From Pseudomonadota bacterium (GTDB taxonomy: Bacteria; UBA10199; 2-02-FULL-44-16; DYJF01), in contig JBDRBB010000009.1 in NCBI GenBank assembly GCA_043823065.1, positions 1 to 64,000 on the forward strand: 64,000 nucleotides of DNA, written 5' to 3'. The notes under the pieces were generated by a model. It did no database searches and was not told where the DNA came from. It was given only the letters and a program-made list of their open reading frames with translations. The position numbers and the translations under genes are program-made. This document shows, in pieces, positions 57,644 to 64,000 of this stretch (positions are counted from its first letter, which is position 1; the number at the start of each line of letters is the position of its first letter).

Positions 57644-58990
57644 ATGCAGAAGATTCACTTTATCAGTCTTGGTTGCCCCAAGAATCAGGTTGATTCTGAG
57701 GTAATGCTGGGCTTTTTGGCCAAAGCAGGTTTTAGTTTTACTGATGATCCTAATCAGGCAGAAATTATTATCATTAATACCTGTGCTTTTATTGATGATG
57801 CTAAAAAAGAGGCTATTGATACAATTTTAGAAATGGCTGAATTTAAAAAACAAGGAACATGTAGGTTGCTGGTGGTTACCGGGTGCCTTTCTCAACGTTA
57901 TGCCAAGGATTTAATGAAATCTTTAGCTGAGGTAGATTTGTTTATTGGCACTGGCGAGTTTCCTAAATTAGCGGATTTAATTAATAAGTTTGAAAAACAA
58001 ACCACAATAGTTAATAAGCCATTATATTTATATGATCATACAACACCGCGCATTCGCACTACACCTAATCATTTGGCTTATATCAAAATTTCTGAAGGTT
58101 GTTTTCATCCTTGTTCTTTTTGCGTTATTCCTAAAATCCGTGGCAAATATCGTAGTCGCAAAATGGATTCAATTATCGCTGAAGCAGAAAAGATGTTAGA
58201 AAATGGTGTTAGAGAGCTTAACTTGATTGGCCAAGATACCACAGCCTATGGACGCGATTTAGATGAAGATACAAATTTGGCAACTTTGTTAGAAGGATTG
58301 GCTGATTTAGCTGGAGATAAATGGATCAGGATTTTTTATACCTATCCGCACAACTTCCCAGATCAACTTGTAACTGTAATTAAATCATTTCCAGAAGTTT
58401 GTGATTATTTGGATATACCAATTCAACATATCAGCAATCGCATCTTAAAAGATATGCAACGCCAAAGTAGCAAAGACGAGATAAGACGTTTAATCGATAA
58501 GTTGCGGATTCATATTCCAGACATCTCTTTGCGCACTAGTTTGATTGCCGGATTTCCAGGAGAGACTGATGAAGAATTTGAAGAATTATTGGATTTTGTT
58601 TCAGAAGCCAAATTTAATCATTTAGGAGTTTTCCCTTATTCCAAAGAAGAAGGAACTCTGGCGGCAAAACTGCCTAATCAAGTGCCAGCAGAAGTTGCTC
58701 AAGAGCGTTGTAATGAAATTATGAAACTGCAACATGAAATCGCCTTTGATAATAATCGCTCCTTTTTAGGTAATGCCACCCAAGTCTTAATTGATGAAAG
58801 ATTGGAAGATGGTCAACTAATTGGCCGCCATCAAGGCCAGGCCCCAGAAATCGATGGCCAGGTAATTGTGCAAGGAAATGCTAAACCAGGCGATTTTGTG
58901 TTAGTTAAAATAACTGAATTTGATGCTTATGATTTGCAGGGAAACATAATCTCAGCTGCTAGTGTTTTACGGGGGAATTCGAATTTGTGA
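57644..58990 (+). CDS. rimO: Ribosomal protein S12 methylthiotransferase
   Basis: SLGCPKNQVDSE, NTCAFI, GCLSQRY, KISEGC...CSFC.IP, APEIDG TRAM domain. Confidence 0.93.
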   Translation: MQKIHFISLGCPKNQVDSEVMLGFLAKAGFSFTDDPNQAEIIIINTCAFIDDAKKEAIDTILEMAEFKKQGTCRLLVVTGCLSQRYAKDLMKSLAEVDLFIGTGEFPKLADLINKFEKQTTIVNKPLYLYDHTTPRIRTTPNHLAYIKISEGCFHPCSFCVIPKIRGKYRSRKMDSIIAEAEKMLENGVRELNLIGQDTTAYGRDLDEDTNLATLLEGLADLAGDKWIRIFYTYPHNFPDQLVTVIKSFPEVCDYLDIPIQHISNRILKDMQRQSSKDEIRRLIDKLRIHIPDISLRTSLIAGFPGETDEEFEELLDFVSEAKFNHLGVFPYSKEEGTLAAKLPNQVPAEVAQERCNEIMKLQHEIAFDNNRSFLGNATQVLIDERLEDGQLIGRHQGQAPEIDGQVIVQGNAKPGDFVLVKITEFDAYDLQGNIISAASVLRGNSNL

Positions 58991-59006
58991 TAATATTTTG
59001 CTAGAT

Positions 59007-59076
59007 TGTCATCCCTGCGAAGGCAGGGATCCAGGGCTTTGCAATGGGCTGGATTCCCGCTTTCGCGGGAATGACA
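59007..59076. repeat. REP-like inverted pair (GTCAT.CC.GCGAA.GC.GG.ATCCAG family)
   Basis: TGTCATCCCTGCGAAGGCAGGGATCCAG ... CTGGATTCCCGCTTTCGCGGGAATGACA. Confidence 0.8.
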
Positions 59077-59089
59077 GCTTGAGGAACCG

Positions 59090-60397
59090 ATGGTTATTTT
59101 ACTTCGCGTACTAATTTTATTGTTCTCAATTATCTTTCGTCCCTTTAACCGTAAGTGGAAAAAAGGGGATGAGATTAGATGTTTGGTTGTTGGTTATGGC
59201 GGAGCTAATAATACTGGGGCGGAATCTAGAACTGTGGAAGCCTTGAAGCAGATGCTGGGTGCTGATAATCGTCTAAAACTTACCCTTACTTCTTTAGATA
59301 GAAAACAAACTCTAAGATATTTAAAAGAAACTGAACGTTTGCAAGTTGCGCAAATTAATTCTGTTTTTATTTTTTCAATTTTGCATTTGGTCCTTAAAAC
59401 AGATCTAGTTGTTTTAGTGGAGGGCAGTTGTTTTAAGGATAATTTTGCTTCTGCGCTTCTGTGGTTTTTTATGTATGCAGCTAGCTTAGCGCAAAAACTT
59501 GGTAAGCCAACAATGGCCTATGCAGTTGATGCGGGCAATATGAGACCTGGTAACAAAAAATGGGCCAGGCAGGTAGCCAACAAAATGGATTTGATTATTA
59601 CCAGAACCCAGGCTGCTGCTAATTTGCTGCAACGCATGGGAGTGACTAATCAAATTAAGGTTACCACCGACACAGCTTTTACTCAGCCAGAAGCCAGTGT
59701 AGAAAGGGTAGATGAAATTTTAATTTCCAATCATCTAGAGCTTAGCAAGCCCATTGTAGGGATTGCCTTTGAAGAACTATTTTGGTGGCCAGTTAATGTC
59801 AATTTCTGGAAGGCTTTGCGCGGAGTAAAAGAAGATCATTATAAATCTGTTTATTATCATTCCTGGACCAGGCAAGATAAACAAGCTTCAGCTTTACTCA
59901 AAGAAAATATGGCAAGTTATGCAGAATGGGTTCGGGAAAAGTATCAGGCGCAAGTGGTTTTCTTTGCCATGGAACGTCTAGATATTGATCCTTGTTTGGA
60001 TGTTATAAATAAAATGGTAATGCCTACAGTATTATTTGATTCTAATAATTATGATGCTGCGGAAATAACTGGCTTGCTCAGACGCTTAGATTGGCTGGTT
60101 ACCTGTCGTTATCATGCCTTAGTCTTGTCTATGGGTGGGGGGATTCCTGTAATTGGTTTGGCCCATGATGAGCGCATAGAAACTATCATGCAAGAATTAA
60201 GTCTTAAACAAGATTATTTTATAGATTATAAAGAAGAAAATATTTTAGAGAAACTAAGAGATAAAACCCAAAAATTAGTAGCAAATAGCGAACAAGTTTC
60301 TCAAAATATAAAATCAGCAGTTCCAAGCTATCTTGCCAAAATGCAAAGAAACCAAAAATATTTCCAAGAATTCATCAAAACCAGATTTCCAACATAA
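59090..60397 (+). CDS. Polysaccharide pyruvyl transferase family protein
   Basis: GYGGANNTGAE, ITR, TTDTAF, CRYHALV. Confidence 0.7.
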   Translation: MVILLRVLILLFSIIFRPFNRKWKKGDEIRCLVVGYGGANNTGAESRTVEALKQMLGADNRLKLTLTSLDRKQTLRYLKETERLQVAQINSVFIFSILHLVLKTDLVVLVEGSCFKDNFASALLWFFMYAASLAQKLGKPTMAYAVDAGNMRPGNKKWARQVANKMDLIITRTQAAANLLQRMGVTNQIKVTTDTAFTQPEASVERVDEILISNHLELSKPIVGIAFEELFWWPVNVNFWKALRGVKEDHYKSVYYHSWTRQDKQASALLKENMASYAEWVREKYQAQVVFFAMERLDIDPCLDVINKMVMPTVLFDSNNYDAAEITGLLRRLDWLVTCRYHALVLSMGGGIPVIGLAHDERIETIMQELSLKQDYFIDYKEENILEKLRDKTQKLVANSEQVSQNIKSAVPSYLAKMQRNQKYFQEFIKTRFPT

Positions 60398-60401
60398 GGC
60401 C

Positions 60402-60496
60402 AAACCCGTTCATCCTGAGCTTGTCGACTTGAAACCGTTCACCCTGAACTTGTCGAAGGGTGTCATTGCGAGAAGCAAAGCGACGAAGCAATCTAG
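60402..60496 (+). repeat. Tandem REP-like cluster
   Basis: Two CCGTTCA.CCTGA.CTTGTCGA units followed by TGTCATTGCGAGAAGCAAAGCGACGAAGCAATCT. Confidence 0.8.
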
Positions 60497-60501
60497 TCTT
60501 T

Positions 60502-60723
60502 ATCTAAAAAAAGAGTTTGGATGTCTGAGGTGACAGAGCAGTCCGATAAAACAGACAGCTGATGCTCAAATTTGCCGAGATTACGCCCAGCATCTGGGAG
60601 CCCATCCATAAGGTGGCTTTATCTCCGTATCCCATTCACTACCGGGGATAAGTGCGCAAATATGGCACTTAAGCTGTCTGTTTTTCGGACAACACCTCAT
60701 CCACCGAAACACTTTTTTTAGAT
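60502..60723. other. Long structured inverted-repeat element (MITE or ncRNA candidate)
   Basis: Outer arms ATCTAAAAAAAG..TGAGGTG / CACCTCA..CTTTTTTTAGAT; inner arms GTCCGATAAAACAGACAGCT / AGCTGTCTGTTTTTCGGAC; internal hairpins. Confidence 0.6.
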
Positions 60724-60933
60724 TAAATTAGGATAACCAATCAGCTTCGACGTTATCAGCTAATGCCTCTCCAGGTTTATTCTCAATAATAAATAATTGG
60801 ATTAACCAATTTTAACTCCAGAGGCTTGGATTAGCAAGGGGTTGGTTTTAAGGAAAAACTGAGTGAAATCTAGGTGGCTGGGAGGCAGGCTTCGCCAAGT
60901 CTTCATGGCACCTGGTATCTGGTGAAAATTAAA

Positions 60934-61326
60934 TTAAAAAATAAAAAGCCTTAGCCAAGAGATTTCGGTAATTCTGCCAGAAAAGCTGCAGCTGCCAGCC
61001 AAGCTTATTTGACGAGACTGCCACATTGCATCTAATTCATGATAAAGATTATTTATTTCCGGCGCGTGCGTTTCACCAAAACCAGCTTGATTATAAATGC
61101 TTTGGTCGTTGGTCACAGGTAAACAAAGACGACAAGAATAAGTGCTAATTATGTTGGCAGGTTCAATAAGATATATAAATCTGCATTGAGCGTTATCTCT
61201 TCTGGAAATAATAAAAACATCATCAATGCGCCGGCGCACTTCATAAGCGCCTGGTTCTAGATTCAAATCAAGATCAAGGCCGGATTGAGCCACTATTTGC
61301 GGGAAATTATTAATGGTCATACTCAT
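60934..61326 (-). CDS. Hypothetical protein
   Basis: ATG ORF with AAAGGAG RBS in an otherwise empty gap; no family recognised. Confidence 0.55.
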   Translation of the reverse strand: MSMTINNFPQIVAQSGLDLDLNLEPGAYEVRRRIDDVFIISRRDNAQCRFIYLIEPANIISTYSCRLCLPVTNDQSIYNQAGFGETHAPEINNLYHELDAMWQSRQISLAGSCSFSGRITEISWLRLFIF

Positions 61327-61435
61327 GTTTAGCTCCTTTGGGGGAAACGCTTTTTGCCAGAAAGCTATTAATTAATCAACCACAAAGTGAAGCATTTCTT
61401 GCTTTTGTAGGCCACATAGTATAGGCGTGGGCTGC

Positions 61436-63163
61436 ATGTGGTCTATTATCAAACAAATCCTGCCTTTGGTGGAAAAACCGTTTCGCTATATTGGCGGCGA
61501 GGTGGGTATAGCTGGTAAAAATTGGGATCAGGCTAAGGTGCGTATTTGCCTGGCTTTTCCTGATGTTTATGAGCTGGCTATGAGCAATACTGGCCTGCCT
61601 ATTCTCTATAATATAGTTAATAATCATCCAGATTTTCTAGCAGACCGGGTTTATACGCCTTGGCCAGATATGGCCTTTCAGCTTAAACAAAATAAGCTAC
61701 CTCTTTTTTCTTTGGATCACAAAAGGGCAGTTGCAGATTTTGAAGTGCTGGGTATTACCCTACCTTATGAACTTTCTTACACTAATGTCATAAATATTTT
61801 AGACCTAGCTGGCATTCCTTTTTATAGCAAAGATCGCAATGAGTCGTATCCTTTGATAATTGGGGGTGGGCCTTGTGCCTTTAATCCAGAACCAGTTGCC
61901 CCATTTTTTGATGCTATTGTGCTAGGTGATGGTGAACAAACAATTATTCAAATCTTGGAAATTGTTAAGATTGTTAAAACCAGAAGAGAACAATTAAACC
62001 AGCTTAGCCAGATTCAAGGCGTGTATGTGTCAAGCTTGGGTCAAGAACAGCAGGTTCATAAATCAACAGTAGATGATTTGGAAGCTGTTTCCTATCCAAC
62101 TCATCCAGTTGTGCCTTACGCTGCTGCGCATAACCGGGCTGGCATTGAAGTCAGCCGCGGTTGCCAAAGAGGTTGTCGTTTTTGTCAGGCTGGATTTGTA
62201 TATCGACCATTGCGTCATCGCTCAGTTGCTACAGCTGTAAATTTAGCTAAAGAAAATTTGGCTAGTACAGGCCAGGAAGATTTTTCATTTTTGTCATTAT
62301 CCTTGAGCGATTATCCAGAATTTTGCAATTTGTTAAAAGCCACCCAGGAAGCTACCAAAAATCAATATGTAAATCCGCAATTTCCTTCTTTGCGAGCAGA
62401 ATCGCTTTCAGATGAAACTTTAGATATTATTAAAAAAGCGCGTTCCGGAAGTTTTACTTTAGCACCTGAAGCAGGCACTGAACGCATGCGTCAAATTATT
62501 AATAAAGGAAATACAGATGAAGATTTATATGCTTCAGTACAGAAAATATTTTCCTCAGGCTGGCATCGGGTTAAGCTATATTTTATGATTGGTTTGCCTG
62601 GGGAGAACGAAGAAGAATTAGCAGGTATTGTTAAAATTTCCAAACACTGTTTGGCAATCGGTAAAAAACACAATAGACGAGCTGAAGTAACAGTTTCCAC
62701 CTCTATTTTTGTGCCCAAGGCGCATACACCTTTTCAATGGGTCAGCCAAATTAGCATGGCTGAGGCTCAGGCTAAAATAGCATATCTTCAAAAACAATTA
62801 AAAGGACGCGGGCTTAGTTATCGCTGGCACAATTCCCAGATGAGTTTTTTAGAGGGAGTGCTGGCCAGAGGAGGTCAAGAGTTAGCCCCAGTCTTGGTTG
62901 AGGCATATAAATCAGGCCAATATTTTTCAGGTTGGGATGAATATTTTAATTTGGAAAAATGGCAAGCTGCCTTGTCCCAATTTGGAATTAATCCAGAACA
63001 ATATCTTAAAGCAAGAGATCAAGATGCTAAACTGCCTTGGGATCATCTTTATGTTGATTTAAAAAAGAAGTTTTTATGGCAGGAATATGAAAAATCATTA
63101 AAAGGGCAAACCAGTCCGATTTGTTCTTTGTCTAATTGCTTGGGGTGTGGAGTCTGTAAATGA
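61436..63163 (+). CDS. TIGR03960-family B12-binding radical SAM protein
   Basis: VEKP.RY.GGE, FPDVYE, YELSYTN, NPEP, RGCQRGCRFCQAG, TLAPEAG, FVPKAHTPFQW, C..CGVC. Confidence 0.88.
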   Translation: MWSIIKQILPLVEKPFRYIGGEVGIAGKNWDQAKVRICLAFPDVYELAMSNTGLPILYNIVNNHPDFLADRVYTPWPDMAFQLKQNKLPLFSLDHKRAVADFEVLGITLPYELSYTNVINILDLAGIPFYSKDRNESYPLIIGGGPCAFNPEPVAPFFDAIVLGDGEQTIIQILEIVKIVKTRREQLNQLSQIQGVYVSSLGQEQQVHKSTVDDLEAVSYPTHPVVPYAAAHNRAGIEVSRGCQRGCRFCQAGFVYRPLRHRSVATAVNLAKENLASTGQEDFSFLSLSLSDYPEFCNLLKATQEATKNQYVNPQFPSLRAESLSDETLDIIKKARSGSFTLAPEAGTERMRQIINKGNTDEDLYASVQKIFSSGWHRVKLYFMIGLPGENEEELAGIVKISKHCLAIGKKHNRRAEVTVSTSIFVPKAHTPFQWVSQISMAEAQAKIAYLQKQLKGRGLSYRWHNSQMSFLEGVLARGGQELAPVLVEAYKSGQYFSGWDEYFNLEKWQAALSQFGINPEQYLKARDQDAKLPWDHLYVDLKKKFLWQEYEKSLKGQTSPICSLSNCLGCGVCK

Positions 63164-63786
63164 AGTATAGAATAAAATTCAGCAAAAAAGGGGAGGCGGC
63201 ATTTTTAGGACATTTAGAATTGATAAATGTTTTAAAAACCGGATTCAGGCGGGCAGGATTGTTCTTAATATATTCTCAAGGATTTCATCCGCATCCAAAG
63301 CTGAGTTTTGGCAAAGCTTTAAGCGTGGGTATTGAAAGTGAATGTGAATTTTGTGATCTAGAACTGTTGGAAAATATTTCTTCACAACAAATAAGAGAAA
63401 AATGCGCACAGGTTTTTCCGCAAGGTATCAAAATTAAAGAAGTCAGTGAGATTGCGCCTGAATCCCTGGCAATTGAAGATTCAATAAAAGCTAGTATTTA
63501 TGAAATTTCAAATATGGGAATAGCTATAGATCAACTTAAGGCAACCATGGCGAGTTTTGATCACCAGGATTTGTTTTTGTTTGAGCTGGAAAGAAAGAAA
63601 AAAAGCAATAAAATCAATCTAAAAGATTATGTGGCAGAGCTTGCGCTTTTGGAAAATAATGATATAAGAATCCAACTTCTTGAAAAACAACCAATGGTCA
63701 GAATACAAGAAGTTATCCAAGCCCTATTTGGTTTAGAGGGTATAGAATTAAAGAAAATATTCATAATGAAAAGAGAAGTAAATTAG
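63160..63786 (+). CDS. TIGR03936/DUF2344 radical SAM-associated protein
   Basis: FSK.G...FLGHLE, YSQGFHPHPKLSF..ALSVG.ES. Confidence 0.88.
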   Translation: MKYRIKFSKKGEAAFLGHLELINVLKTGFRRAGLFLIYSQGFHPHPKLSFGKALSVGIESECEFCDLELLENISSQQIREKCAQVFPQGIKIKEVSEIAPESLAIEDSIKASIYEISNMGIAIDQLKATMASFDHQDLFLFELERKKKSNKINLKDYVAELALLENNDIRIQLLEKQPMVRIQEVIQALFGLEGIELKKIFIMKREVN

Positions 63787-63787
63787 C

Positions 63788-64000
63788 ATGCCCAATGAAT
63801 TAATAGTAAATCTTACTTTAGGTGAAACCCGCGTAGCTAGGCTAGAAAACGGTGTTGTTGCCGAGCTGTTTATTGAACGCGCCAGAGATCATAGTGTGGT
63901 TGGCAATATCTATAAAGGCAAGGTATCCCGGGTTTTGCCAGGAATGCAGGCAGCCTTTATTGATATCGGCCTGGAGCGTACTGCTTTTGTGCATGCAGCA
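63788..64000 (+). CDS. Rne/Rng-family ribonuclease (5' part, runs off window)
   Basis: Manual translation MPNELIVN..ETRVA..VGNIYKGKVSRVLPGMQAAFIDIG. Confidence 0.9.
   Translation, partial: MPNELIVNLTLGETRVARLENGVVAELFIERARDHSVVGNIYKGKVSRVLPGMQAAFIDIGLERTAFVHAA

Noticed and set aside
60402..60496. Possible mini CRISPR array
   Set aside because: Only two degenerate adjacent units, no unique spacers of regular length, no cas genes
60333..60533. 66-aa ORF
   Set aside because: Built from REP units (VHPELV, VIARSKATKQS)
60502..60723. 6S RNA or tRNA
   Set aside because: Branched interior rather than a rod with central bubble, not in the usual zapA-ygfA context, and no tRNA T-loop or cloverleaf of proper size

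Overview
AT-rich bacterial chromosomal window. The gene order (tmk-holB-PSP1-metG, ileS-lspA-lgt, TIGR03960/TIGR03936-rne/rng) and sigma-54 promoters suggest a Deltaproteobacteria-like lineage; this is inference only. Most of it is housekeeping and metabolism: kbl-tdh, pepA, an oligopeptide ABC transporter, oadGAB, aconitase-icd-aclB-aclA (ATP-citrate lyase), ileS/lspA/two lgt, ychF, rimO. The most notable locus is at 26190-35350. A geranylgeranyl-reductase-like flavoprotein, a PilZ-class I terpene-synthase-like fusion, a 6-TM double-kinase hybrid sensor and a REC-PAS regulator are co-oriented on the minus strand. A B12 radical SAM enzyme and a FadL-type outer-membrane channel lie divergent to them. 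Together they are a candidate c-di-GMP-gated isoprenoid signal synthesis/sensing system. Other oddities are an ABC exporter with a degenerate GGDEF (RxxD-retaining) tail, an NYN RNase-biotin ligase fusion, a RAYT transposase with several REP-like palindrome families (some nested), inverted heptamer arrays, a MITE-like element at a truncated coaB, a HEPN-MNT pair and a 530-bp hairpin-dense intergenic region. No rRNA, tRNA or CRISPR array was seen. All family calls come from motif recognition by eye; no database searches were run.
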